Below are positions 13,401-23,753 of a stretch of DNA of 64,000 bases, one piece after another (position 1 is the first letter of the stretch; the number at the start of each line of letters is the position of its first letter). The DNA lies in NCBI GenBank assembly GCA_002811645.1, contig PDIP01000056.1, positions 67,532-131,531 of the forward strand, in the 5' to 3' direction. Source of the stretch: Corallochytrium limacisporum Hawaii. Its lineage: Eukaryota > Protista > Pluriformea. The translations under genes and the position numbers were made by a program. The notes under the pieces are model-generated. The model was given only the letters and a program-made list of their open reading frames with translations, did no database searches and was not told the origin of the DNA.

Positions 13401-15875
13401 AACGAGCATCTCAACGAGTTGGCCACTTCTGCTGAAGACCACGGTGGTACAATGGACGACAGCTTTGACGTGAATGACACGGCAGCCGTATTGCAGTACG
13501 TCGGGTGGATGACTGTGGCACGGAGCCTTTCCCTTCTGTCTATGATTGTACGCAGAGGGGCATCGGAAGTCACAGATGAAGGCAACGTCTTGGCTCTGTT
13601 TGTGAATATTCTCTGCCGCTGCCGCCACAAGGGTGTCATCGAAGCGGCGCGGACTGGTTTTCGTCCAATTGCTCAGGCCCTTTCTCTGCGCTCGGTCACA
13701 GAAACACTTACGAGCTTCTGTGACCGCGACATGGCCACCATTGACGCGAACGATACCCTGCGCCGAAGTGCAGGAGTTCCGTGGATATTTCTCTCCCTGC
13801 TCAAACCAGTATGCCGGCAGATTGCCATTGAGGTTAGAACAGGGACTTGTCTGGGCCACGAAGCTCAATGTGAGAGCCAGCAGGTTGTGCGGAGAGTCCT
13901 TAGCATACTGATTGCACGAGCCAGGGGAGAAGTATGCAAAGCCAATTCTGCCGCTGATGACTACGCTGCTGTTGTCAAGTCTTTGCAGGTGCATAGCATG
14001 AACAGTCTAACTGCCCTGATGAAGGACCCTGAGCTTTTGGAAATTACCCGTCTCTACCTCGACCGCACGGGGGTGGCTGCATTTGAAGGGCTGGCTGACT
14101 CCAATTGGTTGGTCCGCAACGCCAGCCTGCGCCTTTACGGGTCGGTACGGCGGCGCATGTTACAGTGTGGTGATGGTGATCTGTCTCATGTGAGTCCTTC
14201 GGACCTGCAACGTCTCTACCCCTCTACCTTTTCCCTATTTGTTAAGGCCGCGGAAGAGTGCTGCCATTGGCATAGCACCGGTAAGACGCTCTCGAATGCT
14301 CCGTTTGCGGTCAATGGCAAGCTTCGTCTAACCATGGATTTTTTAAGTCAGTGCGGGCCATCGTTTGACCGGACATTTTCAGTGTCCATGTCGTTGAGCA
14401 AAGCAGCTCAATGGTGCGCTCGCTGTGGCCCTGATCCGAGTTTAAAGCGGGCAGCAGCGATGGCACTGCAACGGTTACCGATCAACCCTGAGGAAGTGAG
14501 CTTGCCCCAATGGCCCAACCTTCAGATGGAACGTGACTTCCACGATGCCGTGCTTGCACTGGACTTCTTCCAATCCTCGATGCCGGACAGGTTGGAGGAA
14601 GTAAGGACTACACGAGTTGATTTGTGTGAGTCAGGAGCCGAGAAGCAGGACATTGGGTCATTAGAGCATGAGGCAGACATGCTCTTTGTCCTCCGGTGGA
14701 TGTACACGCACACAGACGGAGTCGATTCAGCCCGTGTGAGGGCAGCGTGCGTATCTGCAGTGGAAAAAGGTCTGCGCCTCGTCGTCGACTTATCATCTGG
14801 AACACTGGAGAAAAACAACACCACTGCTCCAGAGCTCTGGCTGGTCTTCAAGCGGGAACTTGTCACCACGGCGAACCAACTCTTCCGGACAAGGGGGGGC
14901 ACTGTCGGCATGCAAATCACCTGGCATCCGTCGTTGGCTTTCTTCCCGGAGCACACAGACCACGAAATTAGCAAGCCCGCCGTTGTACTGCATACAGCAC
15001 TGTTGCGGTCCATAGAAGACCGTCTGACTCCACAGGATCTTTCAGAGTTTGCCATGAGTTGGGTCGACGATCTCAGTATTCTCAATGGCCCCTCGATCAA
15101 TGGATCTGTGGAGAGAATGAGAGCTGTCACAGTGTGCGCCCTGGACGACGCGTTTCAACGCCACGGTCTCTGGTCAATTCTCAAGGAGAAAGTAGGGGAG
15201 GCCATGGCGAAACTAGGAGACATTGAGAAGCACGGGAAAGCCATTACACGGTCATTTGTGGCACTAAGTTCAGCAGTATTGGATATCTGGTGGCAGGTAG
15301 ATGATTGCCGGGTGCTAGATCCCATAGTTGGCCTGGCTTGTTCCTGGGACAATGCTGAAGACCGGTTGGTCGCCGCGCGGGCGGTATCTCACTGGTACAA
15401 ACTCGTGATCAAGCATAATCACTTCAAGCAAGACAGCACTGGTAAAGGCGTTTTCACCAATGGGTTCGTTGGGTTTGTCATCGCGATGGTACTGTATCTT
15501 CTAGAAGACGAGGACGAAATGGTGCGGTCCATGGTGGCAGACAATTGTCCAGACCCCCTTGGATCCGGATCGAATCGCATGGCATCCCGACACTTTCCAC
15601 AGGGCGGCTTTGGCTGTTACGTCATGACTACAATGTCGGTCAGTCATGGCACTACGCCCGAAGTTTATGATGCCATCAGGTCAGCCCAAGAACACATACA
15701 GGATCGGGTTCGTAAAGAAACGCGGTCGATGGATACGGAGGACCCATTATTCGTTAGACAGGAGGTCAACGTATACACAGAGACACCGGAGATCAGATAT
15801 GCTATGCTAAGGCTTGGCGAGATTGATGAACTCAAAAAGGCCATGAGTCATGCCGTATTGTCCTGCTGCTTTTAG
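10470..15875 (+). CDS. THADA: THADA/Trm732 family HEAT-repeat protein (partner of the tRNA position-32 2'-O-methyltransferase; DUF2428)
   Basis: 1801-aa intronless ORF with family motifs CRHKGVIE, RRSAGVP, VHSMNSL and WLVRNAS. Exact start uncertain. Confidence 0.85.
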   Translation: MAKQTCVRKHAHFRAVIPGWELPNALQVDISTDKEAARMLTHYLSSTNTEDDMAHLFLACQSLQLKRQVLRALQKKGDAGTIENFLDTIILYLQTETSSMDQFHVTQRAITDEGSQWFPAYENVALTLQALVTDKALEPEMIGPSQTSHQRAVSIIQTVDLYLMHVYRTIRSLEKPGRPLFRLRECAMSAQRAGVRIIQRILEEGRLPEVCERVNLSSSIRSAHSDQEVYDLSWARGAQLFPGRDLMLAMSEWMHLVSFVQCVCRVTPLSPSHIAFAICQLKSCFVPYDIGKQFSDIAKDLRPRLALGAGRAFLTVVTVQSDTVSEQDQLESMNILAGITEVLIGELADGIFEEESFGYAYLLAVSIRDWIETVVDSASRLPQTSIKHPLAETDLRTSGEVKGLLFRRLTMCMARYEAAGNGAVLDRLMEGFNLLLSSTTAHWSSSKFWDDLLRDLILGRSWLARRKYILINSLLKRMMIDRSTKVDWPTCMAFLDNDIGRSLMAHLRATRNLTDTSHFAVETVRTLTEGIMAGDDPEENEELWMSHIGNELLQFMMFSIAVDSNANTPDLERTWKCWIVPAIAVAPQVLTVLLLRLSQLTDTQCDGLLRTKYFLLSEALAIRGMSTLNEAWARLPANARCETYAVHYEQLNLGASVTMPFLVEALGHWIGRRSAKPQLAFTSDEHFSNFDELEVMRRLLTHNMRCQHASTRQVILHALKRTWRRCVNMSAPLTPGKLDQAHEFLAFSCDVIETGRLAGASIYRLRFCVHLADALSEILVEHPEMSVLRPCMKTLLRFGITLINHEQRGEVLVPAVNVVMRLLPSLGGPQDLVGVEPIRRPDVEQVFAIKAAVTDVVAVRLIAHWRATSLCTEVEDPAVDDWAFLWPILERNCRAWTISHSKPDSGTTLLRACQDGWCVHGLLFAIEQYLVQSGRLLGSTVSFRWVNFLVNIAYDFVHILTGSDVRLQTTNSSFRQMNEHLNELATSAEDHGGTMDDSFDVNDTAAVLQYVGWMTVARSLSLLSMIVRRGASEVTDEGNVLALFVNILCRCRHKGVIEAARTGFRPIAQALSLRSVTETLTSFCDRDMATIDANDTLRRSAGVPWIFLSLLKPVCRQIAIEVRTGTCLGHEAQCESQQVVRRVLSILIARARGEVCKANSAADDYAAVVKSLQVHSMNSLTALMKDPELLEITRLYLDRTGVAAFEGLADSNWLVRNASLRLYGSVRRRMLQCGDGDLSHVSPSDLQRLYPSTFSLFVKAAEECCHWHSTGKTLSNAPFAVNGKLRLTMDFLSQCGPSFDRTFSVSMSLSKAAQWCARCGPDPSLKRAAAMALQRLPINPEEVSLPQWPNLQMERDFHDAVLALDFFQSSMPDRLEEVRTTRVDLCESGAEKQDIGSLEHEADMLFVLRWMYTHTDGVDSARVRAACVSAVEKGLRLVVDLSSGTLEKNNTTAPELWLVFKRELVTTANQLFRTRGGTVGMQITWHPSLAFFPEHTDHEISKPAVVLHTALLRSIEDRLTPQDLSEFAMSWVDDLSILNGPSINGSVERMRAVTVCALDDAFQRHGLWSILKEKVGEAMAKLGDIEKHGKAITRSFVALSSAVLDIWWQVDDCRVLDPIVGLACSWDNAEDRLVAARAVSHWYKLVIKHNHFKQDSTGKGVFTNGFVGFVIAMVLYLLEDEDEMVRSMVADNCPDPLGSGSNRMASRHFPQGGFGCYVMTTMSVSHGTTPEVYDAIRSAQEHIQDRVRKETRSMDTEDPLFVRQEVNVYTETPEIRYAMLRLGEIDELKKAMSHAVLSCCF

Positions 15876-15962
15876 TGTCTGCAATTAAATGAAAATCTTG
15901 TTCAATGGATTACTTTTATTGTACATGTATGCGGGCGATTGCTGAGCTGGACGTGCAGTGTC

Positions 15963-17585
15963 TTACTTTTCCAAATTGTCGCAGCGAATGCTGTATGCCA
16001 CCATATCAGAGAAATACAGTGGTTTCTCATTCGGCGGCGCTCTGACCGGCGGTTTGGCCGCCGCTCTTTCCCTTTCGATCCGCTCCTGTTCCCTTTCGCT
16101 TTCCTGAATATCTTTTAGGTCACTCTCCTCAATCATGAGCTCAGTAAACTCCTTTACCGGTGCCAACTCCTCATCGTTGACAAGGTCAAAGTATTTCATG
16201 AAGAGATAGAACCTTTCATACGCTTGATTGACTTGTGCCTGCACACCAAGTTTCAAAATGTCATCAATGTGATGATAGTACATATGGGCATATATGCGCA
16301 AGACGCACTTACAAATCTTCTTGATGACTTTTCTGAATTTCTCCGGATACCTTCCACCGCTTGTGGTTGGAAACACGCGATCATCACTTATCCTCCTGTC
16401 GATTTCATCTACCAGGCAGTTGATGTACGTTCTGGCAGGTGGATACTTGTTGTCCTTGAAGTCCGCGGGCAATGGTTTGCCGCTGAACCACAAGTACTGA
16501 AAATTCTTACCGGCTGTCATCTGAGGACATGACTCCTCCGTGCAGAACTCCATGATGGTGCCGTAAACTAGATTTACCTCGTTGTAGAATTCCACAATAT
16601 TCACTGCCATCCAGTCATTCTCATCGCTATCCTCTGGGGGAATGATGGTCGACTGCAGATACCGCATTCCGTGTGTTTCTTTGTCCTCACTCGTGATCAT
16701 AGTCTTCAGGATCTGCATTGTTTCCGCTACCTTTTCGTACCGGTTACCATCCTTAAGCTTGAGCGGTCGAAGGCTTTTGTTGCGATCCAATTTCATTGCC
16801 TTCTTGCCACGCCTGCGCGGCCCTTTCTTTCCCGGCGGGCTGCCATCATGGGTCAGGTCGAAGATGCTATTGTGTTCTGACGACTTCTGTAGATTTGTTT
16901 TTTCTTCCTTTCCCTCAGGTTCTCCTTGGTTCTGTGATTTTTTCTCATCCGCTCCGTCCACAGCCGCGGGCGCACCCGTACTGGGATAGTCACCTTCAGA
17001 GTCGTTCTCACCCTCCATGTTGAAGTCCGCCGTTTGTGAGTACGCCCAGAGCTTCCGTGCAAGCGCATCGTCGCCGATCTGCGTGAAAATGATCGATTGG
17101 TCAGTCATCTTCATTTTTCGTTCCATTGATAGGCTACCATCTAGGATTTGTTCACTCTGTAGAGCCATGTCCTCGGACAGGCGTTGCATATCCTTCGGTT
17201 CAGCCTTGTTGCTTGTTTCGACGTCAGCGCACACTGCCTTAGCAGCGCTAGCCACGGTTGGGTTGACTGCGTTAGCTGTGAACACCTGCGGTGATTCCGC
17301 TTCCACCTTCACGGATAGCATTGGCATAGAGCCATAGGGCGCCTTAAGTGGAGAGACTGATCTAACCCGAGGGTCATCCAGCTCACAGCTTGTCGATCCC
17401 TCCCGGGCACCGTATGGCAGTTTGCTTAAAGACTTTCCCGGTGAACTTACAACGATGCGGTCCCTATTGTCTACGTTAGCACCGTATGCTCTTCGCTCTG
17501 GACTGTCTGTGAACCCATCAATGGACTCTGTTGACTTTGGTACGGTCGCTGAATGACCGCCCAGGCAGCTTGCTACCTGCCCCAT
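15963..17585 (-). CDS. MOB kinase activator (Mob1/phocein domain) with long N-terminal extension
   Basis: WMAVNIVEFYNEVNLVYGTIMEFCTEESCPQMTAG...YLW and RIYAHMYYHH (Zn ligands C-x4-C and H-x4-H). First ATG is at 17585 (MGQVASC); the track start at 17603 is TTG. Confidence 0.9.
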   Translation of the reverse strand: MGQVASCLGGHSATVPKSTESIDGFTDSPERRAYGANVDNRDRIVVSSPGKSLSKLPYGAREGSTSCELDDPRVRSVSPLKAPYGSMPMLSVKVEAESPQVFTANAVNPTVASAAKAVCADVETSNKAEPKDMQRLSEDMALQSEQILDGSLSMERKMKMTDQSIIFTQIGDDALARKLWAYSQTADFNMEGENDSEGDYPSTGAPAAVDGADEKKSQNQGEPEGKEEKTNLQKSSEHNSIFDLTHDGSPPGKKGPRRRGKKAMKLDRNKSLRPLKLKDGNRYEKVAETMQILKTMITSEDKETHGMRYLQSTIIPPEDSDENDWMAVNIVEFYNEVNLVYGTIMEFCTEESCPQMTAGKNFQYLWFSGKPLPADFKDNKYPPARTYINCLVDEIDRRISDDRVFPTTSGGRYPEKFRKVIKKICKCVLRIYAHMYYHHIDDILKLGVQAQVNQAYERFYLFMKYFDLVNDEELAPVKEFTELMIEESDLKDIQESEREQERIERERAAAKPPVRAPPNEKPLYFSDMVAYSIRCDNLEK

Positions 17586-18468
17586 TTTGGTCGATCTGTA
17601 CAATTACTCTTGTGCGATGCCTACATATTGTACCAATGAGCAACGCTAAAGGGAACTCAGAACTGTTCTTCCGCTTCAAACACTGTTTAGGCTAGTCAGT
17701 AAGCCTACTCTAGTGTAGTGGTGTAACAAATACCTCAGTTCACTATTGATCATGGTTTAGGCTTACTTGTGTCGCACACGGAATAAGAGCTGCAATGTAG
17801 TGCAGTGCATTTTCGGTACTTGATGAAACATAGTTTGCTGGTGGGCCTTTAACTCTCATCATTGCATTGTCACCGTGTATGGGACTGATCGATCAATTAC
17901 GGCTTCAGATTAACAAACGAGAGACGGCGCTGGTGAAAAAGAGTCCGTTGGTGTCTCCTGCAGGTTTCAAAACAGCGTAGTCGATCTCCTCCTTTTGCTT
18001 CGGATTCTGCTTTGTCCTTCCCCGCTCTGCTGTGGGCCTCCCTCCCTACCCACTGCGGGGTTTGGTTTCCAGGGAGCCCGCCGATTGGTCGAAAAATCTG
18101 TTCCCTACAAACCTCGTACTTTCACTACGCAAGGTGAGGAGGAATTCCCATCACCAACGGCAGCAACGAGAATGTTTAAGGGTGTTATATTTCCGGACTG
18201 TGCGTGCTGCACGAATGTATAGGGCTCTCTCCAAAGGTGTGTTAATTGTGCTTGGTACATGAATCCCTGCGCGAAGCAGCAACCGTAAAATAGTGGGCGA
18301 TTTCCCCAAATTGGGGAGGCGGGGCAACCCAACCTGCCTGCTCATCGCCTTCCCCCTTCCTCCCTGATGTTGCCCCCCCCCCCCTTTTTTCTTTTTCTTC
18401 CCCGTTGCAAAAAAACACACACAATTCAAAAACACACAAAATTTTTCGTATCGTTATGAAAAGTTATG

Positions 18469-18505
18469 CCTTCTTTTTGTTTCTTTTTTCCTTGTTTTTG
18501 ATTCC
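18469..18505 (+). promoter_or_regulatory. Polypyrimidine tract (TOP/TCT-like start region of RPL23)
   Basis: Nearly pure pyrimidine run upstream of a ribosomal protein gene, just before a candidate 5' splice site (AAG|GTATTG, 18524). Confidence 0.4.
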
Positions 18506-18888
18506 GCAACTTGAGTACTAAAGGTATTGGATTCTTCCTTTCTACAATATGCCTAGTAAGAGTCCACGCCTATTGTGGACCTATAGTTAACCTACCGGCA
18601 ACCTGCATGCGGGGGGCCAGTATGGAGTCGCCCTATTGTGGCTCTGTGCACTGTACACTCTGGACCCACAGCCCAGCACCAAGTGCGGTTATGTCTCGTA
18701 AAGGGGTTCCAAAGTCCTTTCCATATGGTTTTTACATAGCAAACCATGCATTTATAGACGTAGTACTACGTTTCCTATCACTGCGGATAAAACGTATTTG
18801 GTGATCGCAATCTACTCAAAGGGTGTCTGTGAAAAGGTCTCCAAGTTTCGCAGAATATATTCCGGGACTCAACTAAACAAATACAAAG

Positions 18889-19311
18889 ATGTCGAAGCGC
18901 GGTCGTGGAGGTACTGCTGGCGGTAAGTTCCGCATCTCCCTCGGTCTGCCCGTGGGTGCTGTCATGAACTGCGCTGATAACACTGGAGCCAAGAACCTGT
19001 ATATCATTGCCGTCTTCGGTATTAAGGGCCGTCTGAGCCGTCTGCCGGCTGCTGGACCTGGTGACATGTTCCTGGGAACCGTAAAGAAGGGTAAGCCTGA
19101 GCTGCGTAAGAAGGTCCACCCCGGTGTCGTTATCCGTCAGCGCAAGACTTTCCGCCGTAAGGATGGTGTCTTCCTGTATTTCGAGGACAATGCTGGCGTT
19201 ATCGTGAACAACAAGGGTGAGATGAAGGGATCCGCTATCACTGGCCCTGTCGCCAAGGAATGCGCTGAACTGTGGCCCCGTATCGCCTCTAATGCTCCTT
19301 CCATTGCCTAA
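18889..19311 (+). CDS. RPL23: 60S ribosomal protein L23 (uL14)
   Basis: MSKRGRGG...[12 protein letters not shown]...[30 protein letters not shown]; 140 aa. Confidence 0.99.
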   Translation: MSKRGRGGTAGGKFRISLGLPVGAVMNCADNTGAKNLYIIAVFGIKGRLSRLPAAGPGDMFLGTVKKGKPELRKKVHPGVVIRQRKTFRRKDGVFLYFEDNAGVIVNNKGEMKGSAITGPVAKECAELWPRIASNAPSIA

Positions 19312-19647
19312 TTTTGGCCCAACATGATTTTAGCAAACACGAAATCAGATCACAGAACAATTGAGGTTTCTACTGGAGCCTTACATACGGCATAGTTCAC
19401 AAACAAGCATATTCGTAGCATATTGTGGGTAGCATAATCAACATGGGTTCTTGCATTCCCCACGAGATGTGCATATAGCATCACATTGGAGAGTGTACAA
19501 GAAGTCTTTGGCTTGACCACAATGCAACATCACATTTCTTCCTTTTTCCTAACCGTACATGATTGACCTTCGTCATCAACAATTATAATAGTTACATATT
19601 CTATGCATAATATTGACAAAATGTGGTGTTTGGGGTTGTATACAACA

Positions 19648-20928
19648 TCACTTTTCGACAACCTCACCTTCTCCTTGTCCCCTGGTCGAAACGTCGCCGG
19701 CGAGGACAGTGCGGTCCTTCAGAATGTGGACCGAGTTCTCCTTATCATGTTTCATGCGGCATTCACGGTGCCACCATGTGCCATCGGGACCCATGTCACG
19801 TTCGGCATGGTACACAGTCTTTTGGCACTTGCCACAGGACGGCTGCTTTCCTGTGTTGACTTTAACCTGCCTACGCCACAGAGAGCCGCCAGTATTCATG
19901 GCTTGAGGGTCATACTCGTGGGCGCCAGTAGCCGCCCCCTTGATGCGAGTGTCAATACCTGGCTGATCTGGGTTAATTGGTCCCTTCTCAGAGTTTTCCT
20001 TCACTTGGGCACTCTTCACCATACCAGCAATGCGCTTGGATTCACCATTGTGGGTGGCATCCCACGCATCAGAACACTTCTGGCAGGCGGGGCCAGAGGG
20101 TAGAATGGAAATGGGATGGCTAGCATCAAGCTCAGTTTTGCAACCGTTGCAAACGAGACATTCGCGGTGATAGTGATGGTCGTCAAAGATAACGAATTCA
20201 GAAATGAGTTGCCCATGACAGGTAGAGCAGGTTGTGCTGAAAGTGGCCTGATAGCATTCCTGATGCCAGGGGGCACCTTGGTACCTGACGAAACTGAGTT
20301 CTTCAAATTGCTTGGTGCAGCCACCACACACAAAGCATTCCTTGTGATAGTGTGTTTTTTTGTCTTGCATGGTGATCTGTCCAGAAAAGATCTCCATTTT
20401 GCAGCTTTCGCACTTGTCGATACCATCGCTCTCTCCTGTGTCAGGGGAGTTCTTGCGGGCGGATTGAGCAGCAGGAGGTGGTGTTTTCAAAGATCCAGAC
20501 TGTTTACGGGCCTTTAACTGCTCCAATTTCTCCTGGGAGTCACAGTTGGGGCACACTAAGTAACCTTCAAACGTGAAAAACGAAGACTCGATTTCCATGT
20601 CACAGCTGGCACACCGCACACATTCCGGATGGTAGTGGGTCTCGCCAATGATGACACTATCGCCCTTGATGGCAACGCCACAAGTGGGGCAGTCCTGATA
20701 GCTGAAGCAGCTTTGGTGAAATAGCCTTCCGATGTCGTCCTTTACGAACTGGGCCTCATCAGAGACTCCCGGCGCGATCGCTTTGCCACACTTGGCACAG
20801 TCGCCTGCCTTGTACTTCCTGGCATAGCAAGGTTTGCAGTAAACACCATTGTCGTCACGACCCAAAACAGCGTCTCCATTCTCGCCGCCCTTGAGGCCGC
20901 AGTTGCACTGTTGACAAGTCAGTCCCAT
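19648..20928 (-). CDS. Multi-LIM zinc-finger protein
   Basis: Three complete LIM domains (CxxC...HxxCxxCxxC...) plus isolated single zinc fingers at the N- and C-termini. Confidence 0.9.
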   Translation of the reverse strand: MGLTCQQCNCGLKGGENGDAVLGRDDNGVYCKPCYARKYKAGDCAKCGKAIAPGVSDEAQFVKDDIGRLFHQSCFSYQDCPTCGVAIKGDSVIIGETHYHPECVRCASCDMEIESSFFTFEGYLVCPNCDSQEKLEQLKARKQSGSLKTPPPAAQSARKNSPDTGESDGIDKCESCKMEIFSGQITMQDKKTHYHKECFVCGGCTKQFEELSFVRYQGAPWHQECYQATFSTTCSTCHGQLISEFVIFDDHHYHRECLVCNGCKTELDASHPISILPSGPACQKCSDAWDATHNGESKRIAGMVKSAQVKENSEKGPINPDQPGIDTRIKGAATGAHEYDPQAMNTGGSLWRRQVKVNTGKQPSCGKCQKTVYHAERDMGPDGTWWHRECRMKHDKENSVHILKDRTVLAGDVSTRGQGEGEVVEK

Positions 20929-21617
20929 GACTGTTAATCTCTCAAATCACAAATTTTCTGGTCTTTGACTCGCCCATACGTATACACACGTGCAAGTGCA
21001 CAAACTAGTTGTTGCAAAGAATAAACCATTCTTCTCTTGAAGGAGCTTGACCTTAATAGTTTGGCTCCGGCCAAGGTCACGGTACTATCAACTTTCAAAT
21101 GTCTGCGTGAATTTTCTTCACGCGAACTGTCCCGTATCCCTGCCTCTTTGTGTGCGCAGAAGGAGGCTTCCTGTTTGGGTTGATTGGGTTTGGGTATCTA
21201 GGAGTTATTTTACAGTCATATTTAGATTACCGCTTTTCATCTGAAACAATCATTACCCCCCCCCGGGGGGGGACCCTCCTCCGTATACGCAGGCTTCGGA
21301 CGAATCTCCAGCGGGTCCCCTTCAATTCGACCAATCAGAGAGTTGCGTCCTGCCATGGGCCTCTGATTGGTTATGGTAGCCGATCCGTGAAGCAAATATT
21401 GGCGAAAGGAGAGTGCATTTCAGAGGGACCGGGAAAATCCTGCGGAACTGCAAGTCTCAGTACTGACAAAGTTGGTGTCCAAATGTATAATACTGGTTAA
21501 TCTGTTTATAGGCAGAACCATTGATATAAAGAATATTAGGAACGATTTATTTATGAACAAAAACTTAACGATACTGTGCTCGGTTGTGCATGTTTGTGTG
21601 CGCGCCCCAGCGGAACG

Positions 21618-23753
21618 CTACAGGATGTCTATCTCAGCATCTTCACCGTCGGAGGCGGCACGGATTTGCAGTACTTCTTCGTCTTTGAACCGCAGAACCG
21701 GTCGCTGACCCCCGTCGTAGTCAACAGAATTGCTCCGCTGTGCACGTTTCTTGATCTGCTGGCTGCTTCTCTGTCTCTGTTTGACACGTGACCTTGACTT
21801 ACGCTTGGCTTCGTGGTCCCCAATCTGCGGTCGAACGTCGTGGATGCTGCGAGAGTTGCTTGAATGCCGCCTACTGCGCCTTGCACTCGTCATGGCAAGA
21901 TCGTGGTGTGTGCTGCTGTGATCAAGGGACGACTTTCGCGGCTTCTTCGAAATAATATTTCCCATTAAGTCGCCGGCTGAGCTATTGCTGATCACATCCC
22001 ATTCCTTAGCCTTTCGGTCCTTGTCGATGACGTTGACAGTACTATCACAGAGACCAAGTAGTTGCTGGCTGACGGCGCGAGATGTCGCTTTGTCGACAGT
22101 GCCAGTAATGTCTACCACAACATCCTCGGCATCTTCTGAGCGCTTGGACTTGGTTTCTACTGTAGTGGTCTCCGAGGCAGAGAGGTTCCCATTTCCCGAA
22201 GTGACATGCTTGCCCTCAATTGATGCAAGCAATTGTGCGGCAGCATCCCGGGTTCCAGGATCTTCCGCAATATCCATCCAATCACTGTCCATCTTGTTTG
22301 TGACCGAGACACTATCATTGACAGCGGGGATAGCCATGTTCGATGGTGCCGGAGAGGCCGCTCCTATTGTTTTCGCATCCCGGAGAGCGTTATTAGGAAG
22401 GGAACGAAGACGCCGACGGCGCTCTCTAAAGACGCCCACTCCGTCAACACTCTTGGTTCGCACTAGATCACCTGGCTGTCCAGCTCCCACTACACCGGCC
22501 ACATGTGGTGCCTGCTCAACAAAATCACTTGAACCTGGCGTATCCTCCAAAATCGGAGGTGGAATCCGTGATCCAACACCCCAAATCAGAATACCGGCAC
22601 TCTCACTAAGATAGTCGTTGTTGGCATCGTCAAACGACGATGGGCTGCGTTGAGAAAAGTTGTTCACGTTCATATTCATGTCATCCACTCCCATACTCAC
22701 GTAAGGGCCATGCAAGGCTGACAGCAGACCAGGGTGGCTTCCTGAAGTTTCATTGTACGGCGCACGCGGTGTGGACGAACTCAATTTCATCAGTGCCTCA
22801 TTGTGCTTTGCTTTGAGGGGTGTTCCATGGATCACAGTCGGAGTGGTCTTCACGGGATCAGTGCCGATGTCCTCCTTGGAGCTAACTGGATCCCTGAGAC
22901 CCACAGGTGGCCAATCCAGCTTCATGTCCCGCATTTCATGGACAGGGAGATCGCTGCTGCTCCGATCAAGCCCCGTAGTGTACTGATCCGTTCCCGGTAG
23001 CAGGTCCATACTCCGAGCGGTGTCTGAAGATTGCATTTGACCGCCATTCCACGCAGTTGACATGTGTGGCACACCCTTAAGATCTAAGGGAATAATGCCA
23101 GCGAAATCTTGAAATGTTCGCTCGCGATCAAAATCAATATCGAGAGCTCCGAAGCTGTGCGCTGACGTGTACGACGAGTTATTATCAATTGCACTACCCA
23201 TAACTCTCGGGCTACTTGCCGTTGATTCCGTTGCACTGGCACTGGTTGTTGTTGCTGTGGAGGCATCACCATAGTATCCCATGGAAAATCCAGATCCATT
23301 CAGGCTGTTTCTGCTTCCATAACGACCACGTCGAGAACCTCTTAAACTTCCCCCAGGGCGTCCGAAACCCGGCCCTAACGGTGGAACAGTCATAGCCATA
23401 CTGCTTGCTGCTTTCGATCCTGGTGGTGTTGGTGTGGTGCTGCTCACGTCATATGAAGATCGTCCCCTGGGTCTGGTGCTTTGATTCTTGTTGTGGCCAA
23501 CCAGATAGTCACCCGGTGTTACAGTACTCCATGTCGTTAATCCCATAATGTCCCCCATTTCAAGAGGGCGTCGCGGGTACATGCGACGTATCGGTCGCTG
23601 CTGTGGCCATTCTTGCGCCTGTGGCCTTAATTGGTTTGTTTTGTCGTACAGATTTGCAGGACTTGTCCTACGCAAATCGCTGGCAAGCGCGAGACCGCTG
23701 TCGTCGGCTGGGATTTCGCCCTGGTATGTGTTCTGCATTGAGCCCCATTCCAT
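21618..23753 (-). CDS. Uncharacterised Ser/Arg-rich, probably disordered protein
   Basis: ~710-aa open frame with no recognisable domain. Likely start GACCATGG at 23753; the track start at 23810 is GTG. Confidence 0.75.
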   Translation of the reverse strand: MEWGSMQNTYQGEIPADDSGLALASDLRRTSPANLYDKTNQLRPQAQEWPQQRPIRRMYPRRPLEMGDIMGLTTWSTVTPGDYLVGHNKNQSTRPRGRSSYDVSSTTPTPPGSKAASSMAMTVPPLGPGFGRPGGSLRGSRRGRYGSRNSLNGSGFSMGYYGDASTATTTSASATESTASSPRVMGSAIDNNSSYTSAHSFGALDIDFDRERTFQDFAGIIPLDLKGVPHMSTAWNGGQMQSSDTARSMDLLPGTDQYTTGLDRSSSDLPVHEMRDMKLDWPPVGLRDPVSSKEDIGTDPVKTTPTVIHGTPLKAKHNEALMKLSSSTPRAPYNETSGSHPGLLSALHGPYVSMGVDDMNMNVNNFSQRSPSSFDDANNDYLSESAGILIWGVGSRIPPPILEDTPGSSDFVEQAPHVAGVVGAGQPGDLVRTKSVDGVGVFRERRRRLRSLPNNALRDAKTIGAASPAPSNMAIPAVNDSVSVTNKMDSDWMDIAEDPGTRDAAAQLLASIEGKHVTSGNGNLSASETTTVETKSKRSEDAEDVVVDITGTVDKATSRAVSQQLLGLCDSTVNVIDKDRKAKEWDVISNSSAGDLMGNIISKKPRKSSLDHSSTHHDLAMTSARRSRRHSSNSRSIHDVRPQIGDHEAKRKSRSRVKQRQRSSQQIKKRAQRSNSVDYDGGQRPVLRFKDEEVLQIRAASDGEDAEIDIL

